From a bacterium (lineage in GTDB: Bacteria > UBA8248): a stretch of 64,000 nt of DNA. The notes beneath the pieces were generated by a model. It had not been told where the DNA came from. It worked only from the letters and a program-made list of their open reading frames with translations, and made no database searches. This document shows positions 1-10,340 of the stretch, one piece after another. The position numbers were made by a program, and so were the translations under genes. Position 1 is the first letter of the stretch; every line of letters starts with the position of its first letter. Location of the stretch: positions 736,001-800,000 of the forward strand of contig OZ242260.1 in NCBI GenBank assembly GCA_965207065.1. The letters are read 5' to 3'.

Positions 1-105
1 CCGACTGCGGATTGGGCATTGACCGGTGCGAAAAACAAGGTCAAGCCTAACAATATCGTGATGAAGGGGGAGGTTGAGCCCATCGATTTGAATTTGGAAA
101 GATAA
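1..105 (+). CDS. 3' end of a gene entering from the left (product unknown)
   Basis: Frame 1 is open from base 1 (PTADWALTGAKNKVKPNNIVMKGEVEPIDLNLER) to TAA at 103-105; too short to identify. Confidence 0.35.
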   Translation, partial: PTADWALTGAKNKVKPNNIVMKGEVEPIDLNLER

Positions 106-385
106 AGAGAGTTCCGCATTTTTTCCCTTCTCCATGCATCAACTGTACCGGCGGCAACAAACACCACATCACTGGTTTTAGATATACCAAAGTTCCATCC
201 ATGTGAAAATGGGCAAATAGCTGAAAAAAGATTGATTGTCGCTTTCATGCGGGTTCATGTGGTTGTAAGGGCACGATTCTCGGCCATCCGCATCGACGCG
301 AGGCGAACGGAGGGATATTCTCTCCACCATCCGGAAAGAACCGGCCGCGATGTCATCCGGGAGAGTTTCTTGAAAAGATGAGCGC

Positions 386-1261
386 ATGAGTCTCGAATCC
401 CAAACCATTCTACTGGCCATTTCGGCGGCCTTCGTGAGCGCGGCGACGAATATCACCTTCGCGCCCGCCTTGCGGCAGATGGGTTCGTTCGCCCTGGCGC
501 AGTTCAACAACCTGGGCAACACCTTGATGCTGGGGGTCATCGGATTCTGGCTGTACGAGCCGGGGAGTTTTCGCTGGGAGGCGTTCGCCTGGTTCGGCGT
601 TCTGGGCGTGATGAACTACAGCATCAACCGCTGGGTGTTCTACACCGGCATGAACATCGTCGGCCCCGCGCGCCACATCACCATCACGAGCATGGTTCCG
701 CTTCCCAGCCTGTTTCTGGCGGTCATTTTCCTGGGAGAAGAACCCGGCCTCTGGGTATTGTTCGGAACGCTTCTCGTCGTCTTAGGGATTGCCGCCGTGA
801 GCTATGAGCCTTCGGGCGGAAGGTGGTTCCGCGTAGGCATCGGCTGGTCGCTCATGAGCATGCTCATGCTGGTGGGCAGCGCGTTCATGCGAAAACAGGG
901 AATGTCGTACATGGCGGCGCCCGCCCTGCTCACCGCATGGTCGGCCATGGTCGCCATCCCCACCTCAGAGGGTTTGCGGCATTTCCTGCCGAAACGTTAT
1001 TTCCAATGGGGCTCGAAGCGCTATCTTCCCCTGCTGGTGTTTGGAACGATCATCAACGGGCTGATGCAAATCCTCATCAACCTCTCCTTGAAGGGAAAAC
1101 TCTCACTGGCGGTTCCCATCCTGAGCAGCACGCCGATTTTCGCCTTGTGCCTTTCCGCTTTGTTTCTGCGCGACATCGAACGCCTGAACGCGCGCGTGGT
1201 GGTGGGCATATGCATCGCCGTGCTGGGCATCGTGGCCGTAAGCATCGGCCGGCACGGCTAA
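386..1261 (+). CDS. DMT/EamA family transporter
   Basis: 291 aa, about 10 hydrophobic segments in two EamA-like repeats; FLGEEPG motif. Confidence 0.85.
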   Translation: MSLESQTILLAISAAFVSAATNITFAPALRQMGSFALAQFNNLGNTLMLGVIGFWLYEPGSFRWEAFAWFGVLGVMNYSINRWVFYTGMNIVGPARHITITSMVPLPSLFLAVIFLGEEPGLWVLFGTLLVVLGIAAVSYEPSGGRWFRVGIGWSLMSMLMLVGSAFMRKQGMSYMAAPALLTAWSAMVAIPTSEGLRHFLPKRYFQWGSKRYLPLLVFGTIINGLMQILINLSLKGKLSLAVPILSSTPIFALCLSALFLRDIERLNARVVVGICIAVLGIVAVSIGRHG

Positions 1262-1268
1262 CCCCGCC

Positions 1269-2138
1269 ATGGACAACACGATGGGAATCATCTGGGCGCT
1301 GGCCGCGGCTGTCATGGCGGCGTTCACGGGCGTACTCGCCGCGCGGCCCTTGCGCCACATGGGCCTGATGTCCGCCACCCTGCTCACGAACATCTTCAAC
1401 ATGCTCGTTCTGGCCCTTTTCGGCTGGTGGGAATACGACCCCGAGGACGTCTCGCTCGAAGGAATGCTCTGGTTCGCCCTTTTGGGCGTCACCGCCTACA
1501 GCTACGGGCGTCTGGTGTACTACAAGGCCATCGACTCCATCGGCCCGCCCCGGCTGATGACGCTCATGAGCACATCCCCTTTGCTCAGCCTGTCCCTGGC
1601 CGTCCTTTACCTGGGCGAGGAGCCCGGCCCGGCCGTTCTGGGGGGCACAGGCCTCGTGGTGGCGGGCGTCATTCTGGTGAGCTATGAACCCGCCAAGGGA
1701 CGCTGGTTTCAGCCGGGAATTCTCTGGGGTTTCGCCAGCGCCGTCTCTTTGGGCGTGAGCGTGTTCATCCGCAAGAAAGGCCTGGACGCCATGCCGAGCA
1801 TCGCTCTCACGGTCGCGTGGTCGAACATGGTGAGCATCCCCATCATCTATAGCCTGAGATACCTCTCCCCGCCTGCGCTGTTCGACTGGGGGCCGCGCTG
1901 GGCGGTCGTGACCATCATCGTGGTCGGCGTGCTGAACTCGGGCAACCAGCTCCTCTACAACCTCGCCATCATCAATTCAGACGTCAGCGTCGTCGGCCCC
2001 ATCATCGCCTCGATGCCGATCTTTTCGGTCATTTTCACCGTCCTCATGCTGCGCGACATGACCCGCGTGCGCCCCCGTCTCGTCTGGGGCGTATGCGTCA
2101 CGGTGACCGGAATGGCCGCCGTCGCGCTCGGCCGCTGA
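1269..2138 (+). CDS. DMT/EamA family transporter (tandem paralog)
   Basis: 289 aa, same architecture; shares LGEEPG and VSYEPxxGRWF with the upstream gene; 7-nt gap. Confidence 0.85.
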   Translation: MDNTMGIIWALAAAVMAAFTGVLAARPLRHMGLMSATLLTNIFNMLVLALFGWWEYDPEDVSLEGMLWFALLGVTAYSYGRLVYYKAIDSIGPPRLMTLMSTSPLLSLSLAVLYLGEEPGPAVLGGTGLVVAGVILVSYEPAKGRWFQPGILWGFASAVSLGVSVFIRKKGLDAMPSIALTVAWSNMVSIPIIYSLRYLSPPALFDWGPRWAVVTIIVVGVLNSGNQLLYNLAIINSDVSVVGPIIASMPIFSVIFTVLMLRDMTRVRPRLVWGVCVTVTGMAAVALGR

Positions 2139-2654
2139 GGCGCGGTAGCCCCGAAACCGACCCCGAAACGCGCCGCATGTATGCGACCCCTATACCCTTT
2201 CGCGTCCTTCGCGGAGTGGTCTCGAAAGAAGAGAGGGGCGACCAAGAACGATGAACGGTTTTTGCAGGGACAGCCCCTCCCCGGGGGTTGTCCCACAGGC
2301 CGCGACCACGGACAGGCACGGAGGTCTGTCCCTGTGGAACCCCTCCCCGGTCGGCAAAGCAGTTCCTTCCTTCCCGGTCGGAACTGATCTTCATCGGTCG
2401 CGTCAATTCCTCTCGTATTCGGGCTGTTGAAAAACCACCCCGGCGCCTTTCCGCCTTGTTCGGTCCATTCCTCCTGCCTGGTTCGGAACGGACCCTCCCC
2501 CACCGGGACGAAGGCGCATCTGACCGCATTTGCCTTCGGGGGTTTTCGCGCCGGTGGTGTATGCTGGAAAGGCCGCCCGTTTGCCTTTGGTTTTTCAGGA
2601 GGTGCTGCCCGCAGGAATCGGGCCGTCGCCCGGACGAGGCGCGGGAGGCGCAAT

Positions 2655-2823
2655 ATGCAAACAATAATCCCTGAAAAATTCGATAAATATCGATAAATTC
2701 ACGGGGTATTTCGATAAATTTCCGGCAAATAATTTGCTCTGGAATGGGCGCAGAAGTAACGACGCAGGGGCATTCTGACATGAACCGCGACTCCCACGAT
2801 GACGGCAAATGCGGGGAGTTGCG
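2655..2823 (+). repeat. Dispersed non-coding repeat, copy 1
   Basis: CGATAAAT at 2681, 2691, 2712, then GACGCAGGGGCATTCTGACAT and CGATGACGGCAAATGCGGGGAGTTGCG; aligns by eye with copies at 49546 and 53381. Confidence 0.85.
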
Positions 2824-2850
2824 TGCGCCCCCATCCGGCGCGGGAAGGGT

Positions 2851-4068
2851 CTACATGGCGCCCGCGAAGGCCTCTCCCGCGAGGAGCCCGCCGAGCTTCA
2901 AGCGCGTCGTGTCGTTCAGCCCGTCGATGTGGTAGCACATCATCGCGTCGCGCAGGTGGCGCTCGGCCGGGTGGGTGTCCATATAGCCGTTGCCGCCGAA
3001 GATGTTCATCCCCTTGATGCAGACCTGGGGCGCCATCTCTGATGCGAACAGGGCGGCGCGCATGCCCTCCTTGTGGTCGTATTCGTCGTCCCCCGCCGTA
3101 TCCGCGTGCCAGGCCGCGCGCCAGACGGTGTCCCGCGCGACGGTGATGTTCACGTACATGTCGGCGAGAATCTCGCGAATCCGCGCGTGCTCGATGATGG
3201 GCTTTCCGCCCTGCACGCGCTCCCTCGCGTAGGCGTGGGCGTCCTCGAAGGCGGCGCGGGCGATGCCGACGCCGAAGGTGGCCGTGGTCGGCGAGTGGCG
3301 CGAGAAGACGCGGGCCATATAGGGCAGGCCGCCGTCCACCTCGCTAAGGCGCCATTTTTCAGGTACTTCAGCGTTCTCGAAGATGAGCTCGCCGTTCATC
3401 AGAAGCCGCGCGCCGAGCTTGCCGTGGATGATTCCGTGCCGGAAGCCGGGTATCTCATCCGTCATGATGAACATGGTGGTTCCCTCGTTGACGGGGACGT
3501 TCGGGTTGGTCCTCGCCACGATGAAATTGATGTTGCTCATCGACGCGCAGGCGATGAAGTGCTTCTTGCCGTTCAGTATCCAGGTGTCGCCCTGCCTGAC
3601 GGCGGAGAGCCGCGCGCCGCCGTCGATGTTCGTGGCGGGCATGATGTTGTCCGTGCCCGCCTGGGGCTCCGTCATGCCGATGGCCATGGTGGAGGTGTCC
3701 ACGTCCATATAGCGGGGCAGGAACTCCGCGCGCTGCTCCTCGGTGGTGAAGTGGCAGAGCATCTTGGCGAGCTTCCAGTTCTGGTGGATGACGGAGGCGA
3801 AGCCCGCCTCGCCCTGGAAAAGCTCCTCCAGCAGGACCACGTGGGCGAATATGCCGAAACCCTCGCCGCCCAACTCCTTTGGCGTCGTGAGTGTCCGGAT
3901 GCCCGCTGCCGAGGCCTTTCTGAGCGCATCCAGGGGAAAGGAACTCGTCGGATCGATTCCGTTCTGGCGGTCCCACTCGGCCGCATAGGGCCGCAACTCG
4001 TTCTTCGAGAATTCAGCAATCTTGCTCTGCCAGGCTTTCAGTTCGTCGTCCAGAATATAATCAACCAT
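2851..4068 (-). CDS. Acyl-CoA dehydrogenase family protein
   Basis: 405 aa; GMTEPQAGTD, LNGKKHFI, YARERVQGGKPI and FGGNGY ACAD motifs. Confidence 0.9.
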   Translation of the reverse strand: MVDYILDDELKAWQSKIAEFSKNELRPYAAEWDRQNGIDPTSSFPLDALRKASAAGIRTLTTPKELGGEGFGIFAHVVLLEELFQGEAGFASVIHQNWKLAKMLCHFTTEEQRAEFLPRYMDVDTSTMAIGMTEPQAGTDNIMPATNIDGGARLSAVRQGDTWILNGKKHFIACASMSNINFIVARTNPNVPVNEGTTMFIMTDEIPGFRHGIIHGKLGARLLMNGELIFENAEVPEKWRLSEVDGGLPYMARVFSRHSPTTATFGVGIARAAFEDAHAYARERVQGGKPIIEHARIREILADMYVNITVARDTVWRAAWHADTAGDDEYDHKEGMRAALFASEMAPQVCIKGMNIFGGNGYMDTHPAERHLRDAMMCYHIDGLNDTTRLKLGGLLAGEAFAGAM

Positions 4069-4090
4069 GTCGGCTCCCTCGCAAGAAGGT

Positions 4091-5065
4091 TCACGAACCT
4101 GAATTTCGCTCCTGTGTCTTCTCCAACCCCTTGTTTTTCCGGTATATACGAATCAACTCCGAATCCCGCGCCCGCGCCGCCTCCCGGGCCGATTCCTCCG
4201 TCCATTTATAAAACCCCTCGCCGCTCTTGATGCCGAGCAGGTTCTTCTCGACCATCTCGTCCACAAAGGGGCTGGGTTCCGACCGGTGGTCCAGGGAGGG
4301 CTGAATATGCCGGTGCACGTCGCGCAAAACGTCCATTCCCGAGAAATCATTGAGCTTGCACAACCCCAAGGCCGGAAAGAGAGGGGCTATCGAGCGCCAT
4401 ACGGCATCGACGTCTTCGGGGCGCGCATAGCCCTTCTCCACGATATGAAAGGCCTCGCGCCTGAGCGCCGTCGTGAGCCTCACCCCGATGTGCCCGGGCA
4501 CTTCCCGGCACACGATGGGCTCTTTTCCCGCTATTTCGAGTAACTCGCACGTGATCCGCGTCGTGTCCGGACTCGTCCGGCGGCCGGCCACCACTTCCAC
4601 GACAGGTATGAGATGAGGCGGGGTGTAATTGTGCGTGACGATGCAGCGCTCGGGGTGAGTCGTTCGCGCAGAAATATCTGTCATCCCCAGGCCCGAGGTC
4701 TCGCTCGCCAATATCACGTCGGGCGGAGCAATTGCGTCCATCTTCTCGAAAACTTCCTGTTTGAGCGATATAATTTCACTCACCGCCTCGACGACGAAAT
4801 CACCGCCCTGGACGGCTTCGTGAAAGTCCTGCGTTTGGGTGATGCGCTCTGAAATATCGCGCGCGTCTGAATCACCCAACGCTTCCGCATCGACAAGAAT
4901 ATCAAGGCTTTTTGCGATTTCAGCGCGCGCGCGGCCCGCGCTCTCCGGGCTTCGGTTGAACGTGATAACGCTATAATTCGCCAAAGCGAACTGCAACGCC
5001 ACGCCCCGGCCCACGTATCCACCCCCGATGACAGCGACGTTTCGGATATCGCTTGTCTCGCGCAT
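4091..5065 (-). CDS. 3-hydroxyacyl-CoA dehydrogenase family protein
   Basis: 324 aa; VAVIGGGYVG Rossmann motif, VVEAVSE..LKQEVF, THNYTPPHLIPVVEVV. Confidence 0.9.
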   Translation of the reverse strand: MRETSDIRNVAVIGGGYVGRGVALQFALANYSVITFNRSPESAGRARAEIAKSLDILVDAEALGDSDARDISERITQTQDFHEAVQGGDFVVEAVSEIISLKQEVFEKMDAIAPPDVILASETSGLGMTDISARTTHPERCIVTHNYTPPHLIPVVEVVAGRRTSPDTTRITCELLEIAGKEPIVCREVPGHIGVRLTTALRREAFHIVEKGYARPEDVDAVWRSIAPLFPALGLCKLNDFSGMDVLRDVHRHIQPSLDHRSEPSPFVDEMVEKNLLGIKSGEGFYKWTEESAREAARARDSELIRIYRKNKGLEKTQERNSGS

Positions 5066-5187
5066 AATGGCTCCCGGTATGGAATGGACTCGAGGTATGG
5101 GTGAAAATGTATCACAGGCGCGTTTCCGAGGCCATGAGGGCTACTCGAAGTCTGCCGTGCGAATAACGGATAGCCAAGGGAGTATTG

Positions 5188-6288
5188 ATGGGAAAACGAA
5201 CGATTTTCTTTTTTTTGCTCGGCATCGCCCTGGCTTCCTGCAGCGGCGAGGGGGAATTCTCCCCGACAGGAAACTTGAACACCCCCCGGCACGGACATAC
5301 GGCCACAAAACTCGAATCAGGCGAAATACTCATCGCCGCGGGCCTCACGAAAACCTCTCCGCTCAATGATTTCGAGATATTCGACCCGGCCCAGGGGATT
5401 TTCAAGCCCTACAAGATTCAAGGCCTGCGCAGCCGGGGATGGCACAAGGCGATCCTCCTCAAGGGTGGAGTGCTGATTTCCGGTGGTTGGACGAATGGCG
5501 GGGAGGCGCTCAGAGATTCATATCTCATGCAGTCCGGCGGGGGAGTCCTCGTACGCGCCATGATGAAGTATGGCCGCTATGACCACACGATGACAAAGCT
5601 GCCCACCGGAGACGTACTCATCGCCGGCGGCAACGACGGGAAAAACGCCATTCGTCATCTGGAAATATACGCGCCCGACAAGAGGCGCTTCATCCCGGCG
5701 CGCAGGCCCATGCTCATGGCGCGCCAGCAGCACAGCGCCACAGCGTTGTCTGGAGGCGATGTCCTCATCCTGGGAGGCGCGGAAGGAAAAGGGGCGCGCT
5801 ACGCGGAGCTTTTCCAGCCCTCCCGAGGGAGAACGCGACTGGTCCGAAGCCTGACGACGCAAAGAAGCCGCCACAGCGCCACGCGACTGAAGGACGGGAG
5901 AGTTCTCATCGCAGGCGGCCTGGGAAAAGAAAAAACGCTAGATAGCGCAGAAATCTTCAACCCGGCGACGGAGAAATTCACCCCGCTGGAAAGCAAACTG
6001 CGCGTCAACCGCCAGCAACATACCGCCATTTTGCTCCCGGACGGAAGAGTCGTGCTGATCGGCGGCTGGGGCGGCGAGGGGCGGACCCTCGCCGGCGCGG
6101 AAGTGTACGAGCCCGAGAAAGGATGCTTCTGGCAGGTGGGAGTCGAAATGAAATATCCCAGACGCCTCCATACGGCCACTTCGCTGGGAGGAGGGCGGGT
6201 TCTCATCACAGGGGGCGCAACCGACAACGAAGTTCTGAAATCAGCGGAAATTCTCACCATCAAGCAGGAAGGGAAAAGCGGATGCTGA
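5188..6288 (+). CDS. Kelch-repeat (beta-propeller) lipoprotein
   Basis: Signal peptide with lipobox LASC; six to seven RxxHtAtxLxdGrVLixGG repeats; ATG at 5188 preferred over TTG at 5185. Confidence 0.85.
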   Translation: MGKRTIFFFLLGIALASCSGEGEFSPTGNLNTPRHGHTATKLESGEILIAAGLTKTSPLNDFEIFDPAQGIFKPYKIQGLRSRGWHKAILLKGGVLISGGWTNGGEALRDSYLMQSGGGVLVRAMMKYGRYDHTMTKLPTGDVLIAGGNDGKNAIRHLEIYAPDKRRFIPARRPMLMARQQHSATALSGGDVLILGGAEGKGARYAELFQPSRGRTRLVRSLTTQRSRHSATRLKDGRVLIAGGLGKEKTLDSAEIFNPATEKFTPLESKLRVNRQQHTAILLPDGRVVLIGGWGGEGRTLAGAEVYEPEKGCFWQVGVEMKYPRRLHTATSLGGGRVLITGGATDNEVLKSAEILTIKQEGKSGC

Positions 6289-6349
6289 GCTTCTGGATAT
6301 CCCGATTACTACGGACAATCATATAACCTGACCAAACGAGGAGCACCGT

Positions 6350-7555
6350 ATGACTTTGAAGCATACCCGCCAACGGGACAACCAGCAATGGATTCTGGAT
6401 TACATCGCCAAGACGGCCGGAATGGTCCAGAACTTCGAAGACGATAAGTTCGAGCTTCCCAAGGGCGTAAAGAACTACAAGATGATCAGCAAGCTCCAAG
6501 GCGAGGACGCTGAGCACAAAGAAGAAATCGCCCGGGTGGCGGAGGAAGCCGGCATGCGGGAAACGGCTCTTGAACTCTACATCCAGGCGTCGGAATCATA
6601 CCGCAAAGGACAACACGTCATCTTTGAAGACAATCATCCGCAGAAGATCAAGCTCCACGCCGGGTTGATTCGCTGCTATGACCGCGCCATGGCTCTGGCC
6701 GATTACCCGGTGGAGCGAATCGAAGTTCCCTTTGAGGGTCAGGAGATTCAAATCATTCTCCATCTCCTGCCGGAAGGGAGAAAAGCTCCGTGCATCATTT
6801 ACATTCCCGGCATGGACCAGACGAAAGAGTTTTATCCCTACATCCTGCAGAACGACATGATTCGGCGGGGCATGCACGCTTGCGCCATCGATGGCCCCGG
6901 ACAAGGAATCTCCAACATGCGCAAGATCCGCGTGACCGAGAATAACTATGAGCGCGCCGTTTCGGCGGTAGTCGATTACCTTGTGACACGCGAGGAAATC
7001 GAGGCGGAAAAAATCGGCGTCTTCGGCATCAGCATGGGTTCATACTGGGCGCCGCTCGCCGCAGCGATGGACGACAGGATCAAGGCCTGCGCGGGCGGCA
7101 GCGCCACCTTTTCTGACAAGCACGTGATCTTCGGTGAAGCGTCTCCGCGCTTCAAGCAAATCTTCATGTACATGGCCGGATACACGGAAGAAGACGCCTT
7201 TGATGAGATGGCTTCGAAGATGACGCTCAAGGGCTGCGGGGAGAAAATCTCCTGCCCGACGCTATTGGCCACCGGAGAATTCGACCCGCTGAGCCATTTG
7301 GAAGATGCTCTCCGCTTTTTCGACGAGATCAAAGCGCCCAAGGAATTGTGGGTGCTGGAAAACGAGTTCCACAGGGTGTGGGGAATGCAGGGCCTGGGCA
7401 ACCTGGACCTGAACCCCTGGGCCGTGGATTGGTTAAGAAAAGCGCTAAGCGGAGAAATTTCCGACGATCATGACAAGACCGTCTACATCAGACAAAAATC
7501 GGGCCGCGGCGCCTTGAGCGGTCCCATTCCGGACGATCATCCCAGGCGATGGTGA
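6350..7555 (+). CDS. Alpha/beta hydrolase (2,6-dihydroxypseudooxynicotine hydrolase / FrsA-like)
   Basis: 401 aa; PGMDQTKE, DGPGQG, nucleophile motif GISMG; GAGGAG RBS. Confidence 0.8.
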   Translation: MTLKHTRQRDNQQWILDYIAKTAGMVQNFEDDKFELPKGVKNYKMISKLQGEDAEHKEEIARVAEEAGMRETALELYIQASESYRKGQHVIFEDNHPQKIKLHAGLIRCYDRAMALADYPVERIEVPFEGQEIQIILHLLPEGRKAPCIIYIPGMDQTKEFYPYILQNDMIRRGMHACAIDGPGQGISNMRKIRVTENNYERAVSAVVDYLVTREEIEAEKIGVFGISMGSYWAPLAAAMDDRIKACAGGSATFSDKHVIFGEASPRFKQIFMYMAGYTEEDAFDEMASKMTLKGCGEKISCPTLLATGEFDPLSHLEDALRFFDEIKAPKELWVLENEFHRVWGMQGLGNLDLNPWAVDWLRKALSGEISDDHDKTVYIRQKSGRGALSGPIPDDHPRRW

Positions 7556-7786
7556 AAGGTATCAAGGCACATGTAAAAGCACCACGCCGCATACGTTCTT
7601 TCTGTACACCCACTGGTTGAGCGCTTGGCTGCATGTTCGGAATACTTCGAACTCTTTGCGCATTCATTGTGAACCGACGATGGTGTAGTATTCACGACAA
7701 AAAGCGCCGGCTACGTCCTTGAAAATGGGCCTTCCCTTTCGAGGCTCTGGAAAAAGCCGGCGCGCATTCACCATGCTGGAGACGAA

Positions 7787-8878
7787 TTGGCCGTTCAATT
7801 TCATTGGGCTTTGTGCTCGTTTAATGCGGGCGATGGCCATCAAATCAACCCCGCAGTCCCGGAGCGTTCCGCCACACTGGATTATCTGGCCCGTGTCGCG
7901 CAAGCGGCCGAAGACGCCGGGTGCGTCAACATTCTGGTGCCGACGGGCACGCACTGTCTGGATGCCTGGCAGACGGCATCCGCTCTGGCGACCCAGACGA
8001 AGAAAATCAAATTTCTGGTCGCCTTCCGCCCCGGTCTCGTGGGTCCGGTCTACGCCGCCCAGCAGGCGAACACGCTCGATTACTTCACGAAAGGCCGCTT
8101 ATCCTTGAACGTCGTCTCGGGCGCGAACTCTGCAGACCTCAGACGCTATGGCTACCATGCGCCTCATGACGAAAGATACGAGGTGACCGAGGAATTTCTG
8201 GATATCGTACATCGCCTCTGGCAAGAAGACGGGCCCGTCAATTACAAGGGGAGCTTCTTCCATGTGGAAGACGCCCACGTCTGGCCGAAGCGCTATTCGG
8301 ACCCTCACCCCACTATCTTTTTGGCGGGCAGTTCTCCCGGTGGAAAGCGAGTCGCCGCGCACTTCGGCGACGTTCACGTCTACTTCGCCTATGAACCCGA
8401 AACAGTGGCGAAGGAAATCAAAGAGGTCAAAAAACTGGAAAAAGAATACGAGCGAGTAGCCCCCCTCGAATTCGGAGTTCGCCACTGCGTCTGCGTGCGG
8501 GAGACAAAACAGGAAGCGAGGCGCGCCGTGGAAGGCTGGCTGAACGACAGCGACATCGGCAATACCGCCACCTGGGCGGATTCGGTTCGCCTGAGCGAAT
8601 CCACCAGCCAGGCGCGCATCAACGAAATGGCATCGAGAGATTCCCTTTGGCTCACCGACACCATCTGGATGGGCGTGAACAAGGTGCGCGCCGGCGGGGC
8701 CACTACTTTCGTTGGCACACCGCAGATGGTGGCGGACCAGTTCCGAGAATACATTGACGCCGGCGTGACGCATTTCATCATGCACGGCTGGCCTTATCTG
8801 GAAGAAGCGCAGATATTCGGTCGCGAGGTTCTGCCGCTGCTCAAGGACGTGGAGCCGGTGATTCTACCCAACCCTTGA
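7787..8878 (+). CDS. LLM-class flavin-dependent monooxygenase (SsuD-like)
   Basis: 363 aa; ILVPTG, KFLVAFRPG, GRLSLNVVSG, HDERY, LAGSS, GWPYLEEA. Confidence 0.85.
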   Translation: MAVQFHWALCSFNAGDGHQINPAVPERSATLDYLARVAQAAEDAGCVNILVPTGTHCLDAWQTASALATQTKKIKFLVAFRPGLVGPVYAAQQANTLDYFTKGRLSLNVVSGANSADLRRYGYHAPHDERYEVTEEFLDIVHRLWQEDGPVNYKGSFFHVEDAHVWPKRYSDPHPTIFLAGSSPGGKRVAAHFGDVHVYFAYEPETVAKEIKEVKKLEKEYERVAPLEFGVRHCVCVRETKQEARRAVEGWLNDSDIGNTATWADSVRLSESTSQARINEMASRDSLWLTDTIWMGVNKVRAGGATTFVGTPQMVADQFREYIDAGVTHFIMHGWPYLEEAQIFGREVLPLLKDVEPVILPNP

Positions 8879-8937
8879 GAGAACGAATAAATATGCTTAT
8901 GCATGTTTTACGAGATGAACGAGAAATGTGTAATGAC

Positions 8938-8960
8938 AATGTGCGATTAAAGTTCACATT
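8938..8960. promoter_or_regulatory. Possible operator: inverted repeat AATGTG-N11-CACATT
   Basis: 6-bp inverted repeat in the AT-rich spacer about 50 nt upstream of the 9009 gene; short enough to be chance. Confidence 0.25.
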
Positions 8961-9008
8961 TTCGCCGATCCCGCATCAGGCGATGAAAATCCATCAAAGG
9001 AGGTTGTA

Positions 9009-10271
9009 ATGCCAGGCTATCCCGTAAACGGCGACTTGGAACCCACCACAGAGAATTGGCGGATATCGCAGCACTGCTTCTCCGAGGAAATCCGCTCGCA
9101 GATGACGCTTCCGGAGAAATTCCAGCTTTGCGACATCACCCTGAGGGAAGGCAGGCAGCTTCCCGGAGTGTCCCTGAGGCGGGATGAGGTGATCCGCATC
9201 GCCGATGCGCTCGTCGACGCCGGCGTGAGCATGGTGCAGATGCACCACGACGACCCTTTGGAAATCGAGGAGGTGAAAAAGCGCCACCCCGACCTCATCG
9301 TGGAAGCCCTCGTGCACCCCACCGCGGTTCTGAATCCCGAACTCGCCAAGGTGGAAGTCGACATGAACGTGGAACACGGCGCGGACTATACGACCCTTTG
9401 CTTCTCCTTCTCCCCGAACCAGATGTGCCTGTTCGAATCGATGGCCGGAGACCCGAACATCACCATCGAACAGGCTATCGAGCGGGCCTGCGGCTCCGTG
9501 GCCTACGCCCGGGAGAAATCTGGCCCGGACAGGAAAGTGGGCTGCCTGATCCAGGACTGCACGCGCATCCCGATCGAACGACTCGCCGAAGTATGCGGCA
9601 AACTCGTGGACTCGGGCGCGGACATGATCAAGCTCGACGACATCAACGGCATGGCGATCACGCCGGTATACACATACGTCGTTCGCGAGATGAAGCGCCT
9701 GCTGCCAGGCACGCAAATCGGCCTCCACACCCACAACGACATCGGCATGGCATGCGCCGCTTTGTATGCGGGGCTAGAAGGCGGAGCGGACCTCATCGAC
9801 GCCTGCGTAAACGGGCTGGGCGAGCGCGCCCACATCGCGCCCCTGGCGGAAGTCGCCGCCGTGATTCAGATCTACTACGGCATCGACTGCGGGATTAAGC
9901 TCGAGAAAATGTATGAACTCTCGAGACTCGTCTCCGACATCATGAAGTGGCCCATGACGGACACCATGCCCTTCGTCGGGAAAACGGCTTTTTCGCATTT
10001 GGTCGAAGTGCATTATTGCGTGCCCGATACGGAGGAGGGCTTCTGGGCGTATTCGTGCATGAAGCCCGAGATGTTCGGAAACGGCATGCACAATCTCCTG
10101 GGCCATTATTCGGGCAACTGGGCGGTGCGCACCAAGGCGCGGGAACTGGGCCTCGACCTCCCGCAGGAGAAGGAAAAAGACGTGGTCGAGCGGGTCCGCA
10201 CCGAAATCCGCTGGCGCAAACGCCAACTGGGGAACGAGGAATTCGAGGCCATCGTCCGGGAAGTTTGCTGA
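9009..10271 (+). CDS. DRE-TIM metallolyase, homocitrate/isopropylmalate synthase-like
   Basis: 420 aa; DITLREGRQ, HTHNDIGMA, NGLGERA; too short for a LeuA regulatory domain. Confidence 0.8.
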   Translation: MPGYPVNGDLEPTTENWRISQHCFSEEIRSQMTLPEKFQLCDITLREGRQLPGVSLRRDEVIRIADALVDAGVSMVQMHHDDPLEIEEVKKRHPDLIVEALVHPTAVLNPELAKVEVDMNVEHGADYTTLCFSFSPNQMCLFESMAGDPNITIEQAIERACGSVAYAREKSGPDRKVGCLIQDCTRIPIERLAEVCGKLVDSGADMIKLDDINGMAITPVYTYVVREMKRLLPGTQIGLHTHNDIGMACAALYAGLEGGADLIDACVNGLGERAHIAPLAEVAAVIQIYYGIDCGIKLEKMYELSRLVSDIMKWPMTDTMPFVGKTAFSHLVEVHYCVPDTEEGFWAYSCMKPEMFGNGMHNLLGHYSGNWAVRTKARELGLDLPQEKEKDVVERVRTEIRWRKRQLGNEEFEAIVREVC

Positions 10272-10340
10272 ATAAAAAAACGCTTTTTTCGATCAATCAC
10301 GCTTGAATTCCGGGGAATGATTCCCTGGTAAGGAGAAGAC

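Noticed and set aside
2655-2823. CRISPR array or small conserved protein in the dispersed repeat
   Set aside because: No repeat-spacer periodicity and no cas genes; the shared RRRGIL frame has a stop in copy 1
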